Under the pieces are notes generated by a model. That model was not told the DNA's origin. It worked only from the letters and a program-made list of their open reading frames with translations, and did no database searches. DNA of 64,000 nt from the human T2T-CHM13v2.0 reference genome, Homo sapiens. The stretch is taken from the NCBI RefSeq assembly GCF_009914755.1, contig NC_060927.1; one strand, given 5' to 3'. Shown piece after piece: positions 1 through 15,647 of this stretch; position 1 is the stretch's first letter; each line of letters starts with the position of its first letter. The position numbers and the translations under genes are program-made.

Positions 1-425
1 GTGATTTTATTAAAACTGATTATTCAGTTGAGACCTAGGATTTTTAGTTTTATTCTCTTTATTATCTAGTGAATGAACTTATTTTAGAACTGATGCAAAG
101 AAATGTCACTGACTTGTTAAGTAGAGTACACCTGTGGCTTCTTCAAGTGTGTTTGATAATGAGGTCATATAAGTGACTCTAAAATGGTTTGTTTACTGTG
201 TGAAGGAAGGTAGGAAACAATGGGGAGATACGTGTTACCAGCACATGGCTTGTCTAAAACACTTATACTACCAATCTGAGTCTTTAAAAGTTACAGGTTG
301 GGGGGGGAGGGGCAGTTAAAACAGTATTAATTAATGTGTTAACATATATTAGAGGGCCTGGATTGTCATTGATCTAATAGTGATAATTTGAATCACTTAA
401 GTATCATTTATCCAAAATAAAATGA

Positions 426-745
<320 letters not shown>

Positions 746-3147
746 CTTTTTTCTTTTCTTTTTCTCTTTCCCAAGAATAGGATTTAAAAAGTCAATTCCC
801 AAGAAAGGTCTTTATTTACCCAAGTGTTATAATTTCCAATTTGGATGTTTTTAGTCATTGGTTGAGGAAGTATCTCAGATAAATATAAATGTAAATATAA
901 ATAAATGTATATATTCATACCTGTAATTCATTTGGATATTTATAATAAAAATCAAAGCCTCATGGTTTCTTTAAATGAGATAGAGAGCTGTGCTTAGGTT
1001 TATCAAGAGCAATAAGTTTATGTGATTTTTCTCTCTCAACTACTAGAATAGGAATGGAGGCCATTTTAAACAAAATTTTAATATAATGAAATCCTCTTTA
1101 CTTATAACCTAATTAGAAATATTAAGTGGCCAAGAGTGTATGGAAACTGGCCAGATTTCTGCATATTTTCTTCAGAATACTTCGAAACCTCTTTCACTGT
1201 TTCATAATGTTTATAGATTGTGCAATTCAGGTTTAGTAATACTGTAGATAGACAGATGTGTTAAAGAACAAAACAGAGATTACCAGGAAACTTAAGTGTT
1301 GATAGTATGGAGTATAAGTATGACATAATATTTTTTTAGAAGGATTACGTAAAAAGTTAATGGAAAAAGTGGTGTCTATCTCTCACTCAGGATACTTAAA
1401 GTCAGATTCTTAGGTAAAATATACTCTATTAATATGTTAAGCACATCTTACTTGGCTTTCCTTAGAATTGTCACCTCTGATGTGATCTTTTATAACTTTT
1501 CTTACTCAAAAGTCTGCTCACTAAAAAGATTCTTAGTTTGCACTACAATGGTTGTAAAACAAGAATCCTTTCTTTTTTTGTTTTTGTTTCTGTGATTAGA
1601 TGCTTTAGGGCTTATATCCTTTGCCTTGCTAATAAGGTAAGTGCCCAACTGATGGGGCTGTGTAGAAAACTTTTTGGCTTGCATTGGTAAGCTTTCCCCA
1701 TGTCATAGATGCTTACTATTAGAAAGCTATAGTTCCTGTGGTGAATGACTTCTCTTTGTATTACAGTTGACACTTTGGTCACTGTTGAATTTAGGCCTCA
1801 GTGATGGATGATAGTGTTTATTGCTTGTCTCCTTAAATAAAATAGAGAAGTTAGGTTTTGCTTTTCTATTTATTTTCCAAAGCTATGAGGAAGAGGCATT
1901 GAATCTAGTTTACTGTTTTATAGGTGGGCTGTGTGAATTTAATTTTTGCCTTGAATTTTGTGACCTCAGAAGAATGGCAGAATATCTGACAAGCTTCAGT
2001 CCTGTGTCCTTAGTTCCAGTCTTCTATATACTAAACCTAGGAATGCTGAGCAACACTGAATGGCATAGGATACCACTGGGGAGGGGGCAAAGGGTCTCTT
2101 TGAAGGTGAGATTAATTTATCCCGAAGACAGGAGGTAGAGTTGGATGGGTAAGTTTTAAAGGGTTGAAGCAATAGAGGTTGCAAGGTAAGGTATGAGACC
2201 TTTGAACAAACAGGAATCAACTAAAGGGTGGAAAAGATAAGGCCCTTGCTTTTTACTCATTGGAAATGTTCCTTGAAGCCTATTATGTATATAACACTTA
2301 ATCCTGTAGAGTGTCTCAAAGAAGCAGAGGATAGTTTCTGTAAAACATTTAATCATCTGGTTAAAGTGAAACTGGACAGAAGCATTATCAGGGCTTAGGG
2401 GAAGAGTGCTATCTTTACAATTCCATTAAGAGTAAAAATATCTTGCTATGTTTTGTTAAATATATATTTTTCTGTTAGAAAAAAACCCACTTTAAAAAAT
2501 CACCTGTTTTGATGAAAATGCTTCTGTGAAAACCTGAAGAGAGTTGGTGCCTCTTCTTATGGTTGAAGATCCCTACTTTTTAATGTAAGCTTACAAACAT
2601 GAAAACATGTTTTGCCCCTTCTCTGAGTTGAGCTGGTCACTAGAAGGCAAATCCATGGACAGACAGTCCCATTGTTTGAAAGCTGGTTTTGTGGTAAGTG
2701 GTAAGTTGGTGGAGGTAGGCATGATTCTTCCATTACAGGCTGGTATGTAACTTTTTAAACACTGGTGCTTTGTACATAGTAGGTATTCAGTGTCTGAATT
2801 ATTTTTTGAGTGTCGTTTTTTAAAAAAGTATCCTTTTTTAATGCAAAGAATGCATTTGTGTTTTCTTTGCCCCAGTTTGTCTGTGATATCAACTGGAGCA
2901 ATAGTAGCTTATACTTCATTTCACTGTAATTTTTTTTAATTGACCTCTGATTCTCTCTGGCAAATAATTGTGATATGGTTCGAGGGATGTTTGTTTAAGA
3001 CAATGGATGAGATTGAGTTGTAAGTAATTTCTTGTTGGTACTAGTTCATATTTTTATGGTTAAATATAGACCTAATGGCTGGTCAAGGACAAAAGAGCTT
3101 CACCTTTAACCTCTAAAAATCATGAGTTCTTTTATTTTAATGGCCTG

Positions 3148-3208
3148 TGTATTAGTCCATTCTCATGCTGCTATAAAGAACTACCTGAGACTGGGTAATT
3201 TATAAGAG
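3148..3208 (-). mobile_element. THE1/MST (ERVL-MaLR) LTR 3'-end fragment
   Basis: TGTATTAGTCCATTCTCATGCTGCTATAAAGAACTACCTGAGACTGGGTAATTTATAA, the typical THE1 terminus. Confidence 0.85.
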
Positions 3209-3219
3209 CTGTGCAAAGC

Positions 3220-4050
3220 CATAGAGACATGTAATCATATGAAATTTTGAGAGATATGAAGTACTGGAAAAAGTACAATATATGAAAAGAAAAGATGGGA
3301 TGGAGGTAGGCTGTGGATGGATTGCAAAGTACCTTCTGTGCAGGTCCAGGAAAATATAGACTTATCCTGTAGGTAATGGGCAACCCTTCAGACATTTTAA
3401 GGAAGGTAGTCATTTGAGAAAAAAGCACTTTGGAGTGGCTCAGAATCAAACTTACTTACTTACTAGCTGTATACCCTTGGACTTGGTGCTTAACATTTCT
3501 GAACTTCAGTTTTTACATCTATGAAATGGGGATAATTTGGACTGAGAATCCCCTGGATTGTGAGTGACTTAATCACTCAGCAAACATTATTGATTGAGTA
3601 CCTGTTATACGTAATATCCAGATAAATTCTACAGGGAAGGGAAATATAGTAGGATGAACCTACAAAGGTAAGAAAAGCTAGATGTTGGTACACAACCCTT
3701 CCAAAACTTAGCACATTTTCCTCTCACACCTATTCTTACTCTTGTGTTGTCTGTCATTATAGTGGTAACCTAAGAGAGACGCCTGGGAATCCTTATTATA
3801 ACTTCTTTATCTCCAACCAGTTATCAAATCCAACCTGTTTTCCTTTTAAATATTCTTTGACTACATCTTCTTGTCTCTATCCCTGTTGCCAAAGCCTTGG
3901 ATTGGGCCCTTACCTCTCATCTGGACTCTGCAGTAGTTCACTTTTCCTCTTCTAATTCATTTCTTTTTCATCAGAAAGTTCTCATTTTAAATAATACCAG
4001 CCATGCACCGAGCCCTTGCTAACTGTCAAATGACTACTGAAGCTCTGCAT
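3220..4050. mobile_element. Cluster of L2 fragments with an interleaved MIR (~3440-3560)
   Basis: TTATCCTGTAGGTAATGGG (L2), CTTCAGTTTTTACATCTATGAAATGGGGATAAT (MIR core), CAGCAAACATTATTGATTGAGTACCT (L2 tail). Confidence 0.65.
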
Positions 4051-4815
4051 TATGTCAGGTTATTACAGTAAGCTTTTGGTTTGTGACTGCCAGGCCAGGA
4101 GTTGAGGCTTACCCTCTCTTTTGTTGGCTACAAGCAAAGTATGTCAACTGCAGCCTCCCCATGCCTTTCCTCACTAGCTGCCTCAGATCTGCTTCCTTGT
4201 TCTTTGTTGTGCTGTCTTCTGATGGATGCTTTGGTCGTTCTGTTCATCTACTGTTTGCTGAAACCCAAAGCTTTTTTGTACTTCTATTAACAGTTAACCA
4301 GTTCACCCTAAGGAGATTGTACGCAGACCAGCCTCCCACATTTGTGTTAGGGGTATGTTACTACTCATATGAGATTTGAAGCCTTCTTTTTCCCCAAAAA
4401 ATGGTCGATCTCAGATTTTAATAAGGTGCCCCTTTTCTCAACCCCCATAGAGGTACCTTTTATATTCACTGTGAAACTGTCATTCAAATGAATCTACTCC
4501 TGGTCTTTAACTTTTTTTGCACTTCTACCCCAATAAGAGGCTGTCTTGCAGTGGGGAGGAATGCATTTTTTGTGTTTTCTTGTTCTTCCCATTTTATCCT
4601 CTTTTTGCTTATTTGGAATCTGACTATCCATGAATAAGATGGACTTTGAGATCTACTTGTAAGTACACAGGCTGAAGTTGAATATCTGTATCCCAGTACT
4701 TACCACCATGCTTTGTGCATGTTAGGTCACTTTTGTCACACATAGCTTTACCATCACACAGGTAGTAAATTTCCTGTGCTGCCTTTCTTCTGTGCATGTG
4801 ACAATTGGTAGTTGA

Positions 4816-4965
<150 letters not shown>

Positions 4966-5124
4966 TAAGTTAAATGAGCTGTGTACTAAGATAGGTCCAA
5001 TATATCTCATTGCCCTGAAACTGGAGGTAAGATTCTGTGGTGTGTTCATTGTTGGCAAAATAACTTTTTTCCTTTTCCTTGTCATTAGAAAGTACAGAAA
5101 TGAATGTCGGGGGCTGGCAGGTAG

Positions 5125-5605
5125 GAGTTCTAAAACTTTTTGGTCTTGGGCCCCTGTTATACTCTTAAATTAGTAAGGACCCCAAGGAGATTTGTTTATG
5201 GGCTTATTATCAATATTTATCATTTCTAATACAATTAGAAATTAAAATTGAATAATCAAAAATGTTAATTTATTAATTTCTTTAAAAATAATAGTAAACC
5301 CATTACAGATTAAAATAAATAAAATTTGTACCAAAAAAAGAAAAAAAATACTTTCCAAACATTGTTTACATGTTTACAAATGTCTTTAATGTCTAGCTTG
5401 ACATAAGGTTGCTGCTTCTGCTTTCAGTCTGATGGGTAATCACATATGTGACTTCTGGAAGACTACTTTATACCTATTAGAGAATGAGAGTGAAAAATAG
5501 AAAGTCTTAGTATTATGATGAAAATAGTTTTGACTTCCTGGATCTCCTCGAAGAGTCTCAGGGACACCCCCCCTGACTCTGCTTGAGACTATGCTTTGAG
5601 AACAG
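5125..5605. mobile_element. hAT-Charlie (Charlie1-like) DNA transposon fossil
   Basis: Ends GTTCTAAAACTTTTTGGTC... and ...GGGACACCCC...CTTTGAGAAC resemble Charlie termini; AT-rich interior. Confidence 0.65.
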
Positions 5606-5627
5606 ATTCTAGGTGTTTCAGAGCAAG

Positions 5628-5820
5628 CAGCCTTGTATAGTGGAAGTACTAGACTGGACCCAGGTAACTTGGTCTAGGCCCAGATCTGCCACTAGGTGGT
5701 TACAAGATCTTGGACAAGTCACTTTGCTCAGCTTCTCATTTCTTATAAAATGAAGGGGTAGGATTCTTATAAAATGAATGGGTCCATAGAATTCCTTCTA
5801 GTTCTAGCATTCTAGGATTC
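5628..5820 (+). mobile_element. MIR/MIR3
   Basis: CTTGGACAAGTCACTT...CTCAGCTTCTCATTTCTTATAAAATG core. Confidence 0.7.
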
Positions 5821-6145
5821 TATATTTATAGTGGTGTGGAAGCCCCTTTTTTTTCCTTCTTATGAGCACTAAAATTTACCCAAACTTGTACCATCAGGGC
5901 ATTCCAAGGTATCTGTGGGTGTAGTTCTAAGTAGTGGTACTTATTGTGCAATTTTGTTCTGCTGATTCTACTTAAAGGAGTGGATTAGGTAGTACCATTC
6001 ATATTCATGTGTTATTTTTGTATGTAGGTGCAGATGTTTGTACATGCCTGTTTTTCATTCTCTTTACCACTAATGAATTTGTTTGTGCATTTGAATGATT
6101 CAGGAGTAAGTGACCATAACTGGATATATCCTTAGGAAGGGATAA

Positions 6146-6479
<334 letters not shown>

Positions 6480-7716
6480 TGATAATGAACTTCTATTCCA
6501 TATACTTGGGTAAACTTGCTCTCTACAAAACTAAGAAAGATGTCATTGTGATTTACCAAAATAAAAAAATTCTTATCAGGAGGTAAAAAAGGGGTGCTAG
6601 ATTCTCAATTCATGCATTTAACAGACATAATGATTCCCTTCCTTTTGGTTCTAGGGATGCAAATAGGAATGTGAATTGGTCTCTGCTTTAGTGTCAGACA
6701 TGAAAGTAAGCTACGGTGGAGTGAGTTCTCTAATAGTTATACAGATGGTTTTTATGGGAATACACAGACGTATGTGTTCAAAATGCTGAAGTGGTTTGGC
6801 TTGGCACTTAAGCCAAAGCAGCCCCTTTTCTAAACTAGTGGTATTTCCCCCAACTTGAGGGCTTGTGCTCCATTAATATTCTGAATGAATGTTAGGTTTC
6901 TTCTTTGCTGCCACTATGTGGATACAAAACATGATATTATTTCTTTGGTTAAAAGGCAGAAACTCCTGTTTCTTCAGTGTCTTGTTTACTGTATATGAAT
7001 ATGCATAAATAATTAAGGGGTATATCAAAAATGCAGCTGTTCAGTTGATAGTTAAATATAAATGATTTCAAATTTAATTTCATTTTTAGGCAATTTTTGG
7101 GAGTGTTTAAAGTATTTAGTTCCACAACATTAAAGGTAAAAAAGAGTTTTGGTCTATAAAATTGTGACTATTTGCTTTTTCTAGGAGATTACTAGAGTTG
7201 GACCCAAGTTACCTGGTGTGTCATGCTGAGGAGTTCCTACAATACTTTGTCAACCTTTTTTTGAAATGACTTAAGGTTTCACTTACATGTTTAACATAGA
7301 TACCAGTAATCCTTCCCTAAATTCATGACTACTTTTTAAGGAAAAATGATGCCTTTAAGCCTGACTTCAACTCAAAGTTAACCAAAGAATACCACCTTGA
7401 AATTGTAGAACACCTGACAGTATTCTACAAATTCTCTGCAAAGCTAGAGACCTTAAAATAATGGGTTCGGTAACCACTAAGTTCCTTTTCACTTCTAGGA
7501 GTATAATACCCTCATTTGACAGATGTGGAAAGAAGTTAGAAGGTAATATGACTTGCCAAAGACCTTGATCACAGGTTACTTGAGGTTTGTCTGAGGTAGG
7601 TCTTCCCCTTTAGGTGTAAAACATGGTCATTTAGGATTATTTACTTCAATAAAATGTGTACTTTTTAAAAATAGCTGACAATACAAGCTAAAATCATGAG
7701 ATTGGATACTAGATGA

Positions 7717-8175
<459 letters not shown>

Positions 8176-8769
8176 TAAGTGGTGGTGACAGAAGAGAGGG
8201 ATTATAACTGTGCTTCCAAGTACCAGACTCTAGTTCCCATCTTTGGTGGTTGTTAGTGTCTGAGCCACAAGGCAGACATTCTCTTAAAGGACCCTATAGA
8301 CCACACCACAACTGATGACCAATATAGTAGCTGAAATAATCATGTCAGATCTTCCTATTACACGTACTACATGTTAATAGGCTTGGGAAAGGGGTTTCTA
8401 TTTGTTAAGCTTAGAATTGTAGAAACTTTAATGTATAATTTTAAGCCACAAGTAAAAATTATTTATTATTATTATCATTAAACCTATGAATCCAGCAGGC
8501 TTCGTCTAATGTTTTCTAAGTTATAGTAAGCTGTAAGGGGAAACCAGAAGGTTAGAAGATGTAGGTACTAGTGCTAGCTCTATGACTTAGAGCAAATCAC
8601 TTAACCTCTAACCTTTAGTTTTCTTTTACCTAAACTATAGAAAATACAACTTCATAGCATATATCCCAGGGTTTTTTATTATACCATACCCTAACCTTTC
8701 TCATTATAAAACATTGAATTAATGAACATTTGCTTCAAAGTCTTTCTAGCATCATCTCCTTTCTTTAAC

Positions 8770-9066
8770 TTTTTTTTTTTTTTAAGAGATAGAAGCTCGC
8801 TCTGTCACCCAGGCTGGAGTGCAGTGACATGATCTCGGCTCACTGCAGCCTCCGCCTCCCAGGCCCAAGCAATTCTTCTGCCTCAGCCTTTGAATAGCTG
8901 TGACTACAGGTGCATGCCACCACACTCAGCTAATTTTTGTAGTTTTAGTAGAGATGGGGTTTCGCCATGTTCGCCAGGCTGGTCTCAAACTCCTGACCTC
9001 AAGTGATCCACCCCCCTCGGCCTCCCAAAGTGCTGGGATGACAGACCTGAGCCACTGCACCCAGCC
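8770..9066 (-). mobile_element. AluS, intron 3
   Basis: Full-length dimer with poly-T. Confidence 0.95.
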
Positions 9067-9609
9067 CCTTTACGTTATTTTTAAATGCTATTTACTGTCA
9101 TTCATGTTACTACTCTGAGAGAGGGTCACATTTAAGTGCTAAGAAAACAGGAGAAAAACTCATCTTTGTTTTGATCATCTTTTGGAAAGAAACAACAAAA
9201 AATGAATACAGCATTTTTGTGTTGCCAGTGTATTTTTCCATTGGACTGATTTTTAAATCCAAAATTGCAACTGATTTTGACTTTGAGGTCCGTGAGTGAG
9301 ACATGGGATGATGGTCATTTCAGAGTGCCTGTATGTACCTATAAGATCTCCCCATTGCATAACTCTGGGTGTGTGTTCAACACAGAATTTGATGTGTGAA
9401 GCAGCAGCCCTGTGTACCTGAGGTTCTCTTCCTCTGGAACAGCCACTTTTTCTCTATAGACTCTTTATCTAAACTTTAGCATTTACACCTGATTTTTCTG
9501 ATCTCATGGTCCTATATGTGCTAGACAATAATAGTCCTGTCAACTGGCGGACCTGTTCTTTAAAAAGAAATGCAAATTTTCTTCTCCTGGTTGGCATTTT
9601 GGGGTTACT

Positions 9610-10110
<501 letters not shown>

Positions 10111-12056
10111 TGAAGATGTGACATGGAACTCTGCAGGCTAGACCTTGGTCATTAAACCCTAAGTCTTAGAATCCTGACCCTTCATAGCTCTCTACTGATA
10201 AGGTCAGTTGGCAAGAGTTTCATTTGCAATTGTGAACTGCTCTAAAGAAATAGGGGGCTTCAGGGATTCAGAAGGGAATCAACACTTTAAAAACATTATA
10301 AAAGAGAATAGCAAAAGGTATCTAAAAACAAAGCTAGTGATTCCTGCATTGGACTAATAATATTTTAGAAAATGGTTTTTGAATGTTTGTGTCTAATGCT
10401 AGAAATAAAACTAGAGTACTGTCTCAGGACCAAGAATCATAAGTAGTAGCAGTAGATGGATATGAGAATGCTTGAAATAATTAGCCTGTCTAAATTTGGC
10501 TGGTTGCCAACAAAATTTTGAACTGTACAGAGTGTATTGAATATTCAAGCTTATATTCTTAACTGCATAAAACTTAAATTATTAAATACAGGTTAATTTC
10601 AAAATAATGATGTTTTCTGGATTTTCAGATATCTCAAATCATGATTATGTCCAGTCAGTCAGAACACCATGGTTGGCACATAGTGGCTGCCTAGTAAATA
10701 TTTCTTGAATAGGTGATTTTGAAAAAGAGAATTATAAGCTAAGTTCACCTTTTAGCTAACAATTTTATGTTCTTTTCTCTGTTCTTCTCTTTGCATTTTG
10801 CATAGAAGTATCAAGAGATAAGAGCTGGTCATGTCATATCTTTCTAATTTATTTTTGGGAGAAAAATTAGTTTCAGATATGCAAGCATAAGCAGGCAAAG
10901 ATTTCAGTTTTATGCCTTTTGCCCAGTTAGTCTACATCTTGAGTTAGTATAGCATAAAAACAAGTTACCGTGGAAATAAAGAGATCATTCTGTGTGTATG
11001 TGTGAGAGAAAGGTATTAGTGAGAATGTTTCTTCTAACATTTACACACACACACGTATATACATAACATACATGAATATTTTACAGAATTAAGCAAATTG
11101 ACCAGCCATTTAAACCAACAACTTTAGTTAGTTTAGAAGTGTGTTAAATCTACTAAATAAAAGTAAAATTTTATAGTTTACTTTTTCCCTGTTCTAATAG
11201 ACCAGATAATACCCCATTGTAGCATATAATATAGGAAGACTGGAATTAACAATCTCACGGGCTTCCCCTTCTCCCTAGCTTTTTTCCTTCATTGCTTTTC
11301 AGGATGGCTTCCCTGGAAGCACTTCTCTTTAAATGGAGAGGACAGGGAAAAATGAGTATCTCTTGTCTTTTCTGCAAGGTGCATCGTCTCCTTTGGTGCC
11401 CTTTGGTCTTGCTGTCCACGTTTATTTATATTACTAATAATGTTGCTTATATTTGTTAACTTTTTATTAAAAAGAATTTTTTTCTGCTTGGTCCTGGTTG
11501 GGCAAATTTGTACAAATTTACATAGATGATCTGATAGTTAATATAGTTCGATAGACTCACAGATCCAAACATTAAACAGGATTAAACAGGACTGAGTACT
11601 GTTAAGTGTTCACCATTATAGCAAACCTCATATTAAGTTATGTTTAGTGTTTGGTGTGTCTTGAAGTTGGCATTCCCACTAAGCAGATGGGGTGGTTGTC
11701 AGGGTTGCCTTCTGTGTGATGTGGAATGTTTCACCTAAGCTGGAGAAGCTTCTTTGCAGCACACACACGTTTTCTCTGGTGCAATAGAGCAGTCCGCTTG
11801 GTATCAACAAACAGGTACTGAACTACATACTCGTGCTCATCCAGCTTGCTTTTGATCCAGTAGCATTTTTATTATGCTGTCATGATATTCAAATGAATCT
11901 TTGAGTTTCAGAAAGACTTTTGGTGGGCGTGGGGGGAGCGGTAAGAGGAGGGAAAAAGTGGTCTGGAGATCAAATGAAATTCAGATCTTTTCTTACACTC
12001 ACTGTGCCTCTTTTGTCTCTCTCTCTTTTTTCGATAATGGACTTTGAGAATGTTAC

Positions 12057-12335
12057 CTTTTTTTTTTTTCTTAGAGATGGGGTCTTACTCTGTTGCACAG
12101 TTTGGAGTGCAGTGGCGCAATCATAGCTCACTGCAGCCTTGACCTCTTACACTCAACAAACCTCCCGTGTAGCTAGTACTACAGGTGTGCCACCATGCCT
12201 GGGTAATTTTTAAAGTTTTGTGTAGAGATGGGGGTTTCACTTTGTTGCCCAGGCCAATGTCAAACTCCTGGCCTCGAATGATCCTCCTGCCTCCAAAACT
12301 GCCGGGATTACAGGCATGAGACACCGTGCTCAGCT
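12057..12335 (-). mobile_element. AluJ, intron 3
   Basis: Diverged dimer; flanks GAGAATGTTA / GATAATGTTA. Confidence 0.9.
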
Positions 12336-12663
12336 GATAATGTTATTTTATTCTTTGCTTCCTCAGGTGTTGCAAATATAATCTTTATTTTTTTCTTTTA
12401 AGTAAAATGACAGCTCCTTACTTTCCGTTTTATGCATGGAGGGAAAAAACACAAAAACAACGTTGTTTTATTTGTTGGGACTTAGTGTTCCAAGCCATAA
12501 CTACTTCAGTCCTTGTCTTTTATGGGCAGCTCCATTCTTCCATTCGTTACTTTTATAGGACAGTTTGAAGAGAAGAATGAAAAGGCCTAGTTTAATGCAC
12601 TTGTTTAAGAAGGATTCTTACTCTAAAGAACAAATAAAAGCTGATCAATTTTTGCCAACTTTT

Positions 12664-12694
12664 GGATTACAGGCGTGAGCCACTGCACCTGGCC
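12664..12694 (-). mobile_element. Orphan Alu 5'-end fragment (~31 bp)
   Basis: GGATTACAGGCGTGAGCCACTGCACCTGGCC with no Alu body. Confidence 0.8.
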
Positions 12695-13163
12695 CGGTTT
12701 TTTCTTTTAATTTTCCTTTCCTTCTGGCCCCTGCTGCTCAGTACCCCATTAAAAAAACTATCTGTATTTTAAAGATATTTGTTATAAACTACGGAAAAGG
12801 AGATTATAGAAACTTTAACTTAGAAAGTGTTTAGCAAAGAGATCTATTCCAAGTTAGATTAGAATAAGTTTTCACTAGTCTTTATTTCTCTAGTAAAAGG
12901 TTTTTAAATAATTTTATCTTGAATACTTTTCTTTTGCCTGGCTCTGTCTTCTGATTGTACAGAACTGAGCTGAGCAATTTTTGTTGGCCCTCTGCTGTTC
13001 TAGGAAAAGCTGTTCTACTTGATTCGAAGTTGGAGATATTTAGTTTGTTGTTCTCTGGGCATTCCCTTTTCTCTCACCAATGGCTTGGAGCCAATGGGAA
13101 ATACCTGGGGCCAACTTCATTTTGCAAATGCCTCCTTTGTGCATTGACTAGAGTTCTTTCTGA

Positions 13164-13518
<355 letters not shown>

Positions 13519-14798
13519 GATTATTGTTCTTGTTGCATTATTTCTGACTGGTGGCTGTCTTTAAATCTCATGAAGGTCAGGCTTATCTACCCTTGTTAGC
13601 ATTTAGAGCAAGTGAAATCAGGTCCTAGTGTGTTGGTACAGGTGTTGTCCACTGCTTTGCCCTTAAGGATGTACTCTGCTCACCATCTTCAAACTCAAGG
13701 CCAATTCTAATGACTAACATTAAGAAGAATGCCTTTGTATATTTCAAAACTGATGAGCTGTTCTGTTGTTCCTGCTCTGCTGGTTCTTTGTTTTTCTTGT
13801 GGTTTAAACCAGTCTCTGGTTCTTGACAAGGATGTCTAATAGGATGACTCACATGTGCTATCTGGTTGGACCCATTCTTTACCCTAGATGTGAACTAACA
13901 ATCCCAGCAGGGAACCCTCTCTGGAATATTAAAGAGTAGGGTTTAGCTAATTATAATAATTTAGATGTACATTAAAACCCAGTAACTCCTATCAAGTGAG
14001 GAGATAATATTTTTACTAAAAGCGGAGGTTAGAAGATAGCCTGGGACCTTGGTCTGGTGCAACATTGCAGTCACCTGTGATCAAGCTCTTCTGAAGAATA
14101 AATACCTGTCTTTCCATGTTCCCGGGAATAAATTCTACTCTTGTAGTCTTCCTATTCTTGCTACTGTAACTAGCTTACATTTACTGAATACTTACTATTC
14201 GATAGCCACCAACCTGAGTGCTTTGCATGGTCTATCTTATTTAAAATTCTTAAAACCAAAAATAAGGAACAATTATTTTCTGGGGTCTTTACATGTAGTA
14301 GAAGCAGATGATATATAACTACAGTTAACTATAGTTTAGATGTTGTAGAGTTTTAAAAAATTATGTTCAAACTTTTTTTACTATAGCCCTTCTATATTGT
14401 TTGGAATAGAAAAATACAATTGTATCACCCCACAAAACTTGTTTCAGACACCCATGCACATATACATTAATACAATTTTGTGGCCGGTATTCAATGCTTA
14501 TGATTTATTTTTCTGTTCCAAACAGTATAATTTTATTTTAAAAAAGACTAGACTGGTTCTTGACCATCTAAATGGATTTTGTTACCGAATAATAAGATTA
14601 ATAAATAGCAGTGATGTTCTGATGTCATCTGGGGGACCAGAAAAATCCAGCTGGATATGCTTATGCTATGATTATACTTTATAAAATTTGTATATCCTTA
14701 ATAGACTAGGACTAAAAGAAAATGTGGAAAAGCATATTAATCCAAATGTTTACCAAGCATCTGCCATGTGCTAAGCCTCATGCTAGGTTATGAAGACA

Positions 14799-14868
14799 TA
14801 GAATTGAGCAATTGTAGGGACAGTAGAATTGAGCAATTGTAGGGACAGTAGAATTGAGCAATTGTAGG
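14799..14868 (+). repeat. 25-bp minisatellite, 2.8 perfect copies
   Basis: TAGAATTGAGCAATTGTAGGGACAG at 14799 and 14824, partial at 14849. Confidence 0.95.
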
Positions 14869-15350
14869 CACGGTTCACTCCTTTTCAAAAAGAAACAAAA
14901 AGATCATCTGCCTTAGTATATATACTTTGCATAATTTGTTAAACTGGCATTTTCACCTAGGGATGAAATTTTGAAGATCATATTTAAAAGGCAAGCCAGA
15001 ACTAAGGCAAAAACAGTCACTTACCTACAGACAGATGAGACTTCTGTCAAGTTTTCCTTTGTCCTACCTGTTTTTGGGTTAGCAGGTCAGAAAGAGCTTA
15101 GAGCAAGATCCATTAACAAATTTGTGACAAAAATTTAACTAAATTGTTTAGGGTAGGGTATGTTTTAATAAAGAGTTCATTTTTCTCTTTGGGAGATAAG
15201 TCAGTAGTGAATAATAGTGGCTGTTTCTTAACATGAATCTTTGCTGCTTTCAACTAGGTGGCTGTCTCATTAGTTCTACTCATACCCCTGTTAGGCCTCT
15301 TCCTTCCCCTACCCCAGATCTTATTGTGGGCTATAATTAAAGGAATTTAG

Positions 15351-15647
15351 GGCCGGGCACAGTGGCTCAGGCCCATAATCCCAGCACTGTGGGAGGCCAA
15401 GGTGGGCAGATCACGAGGTCAGGAGTTCGAGACCAGCCTGAGCAACATGGTAAAACCCCATCTCTACTAAAAATACAAAAATTAGCCAGGCGTGGTAGTG
15501 TGTGCCTGTAATCCCAGCTACTCAGGAGACTGAGGCAGGAGAATCACTTGAACCTGGGAGGCGGAGGTTGAAGTGAACTGAGATTGTGTCACTGCACTCC
15601 AGCCTGGGCGACAGAGTGAGACTCCATCTCAAAACAAATAAAAATAA
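15351..15647 (+). mobile_element. AluS, intron 3
   Basis: Full-length; TSD AAAGGAATTTAG 15339-15350 / 15648-15659. Confidence 0.95.

Noticed and set aside
5686-5704. CTCF-like TGCCACTAGGTGG
   Set aside because: Lies in a MIR and lacks the 3' C(A/G)C of the motif; not supportable without ChIP data.
11571-11590. ATTAAACAGG x2
   Set aside because: Ordinary 10-bp slippage duplication with no further structure.
14799-14868. Direct repeats superficially like a CRISPR array
   Set aside because: No spacers between units, and the context is a primate intron; it is a minisatellite.
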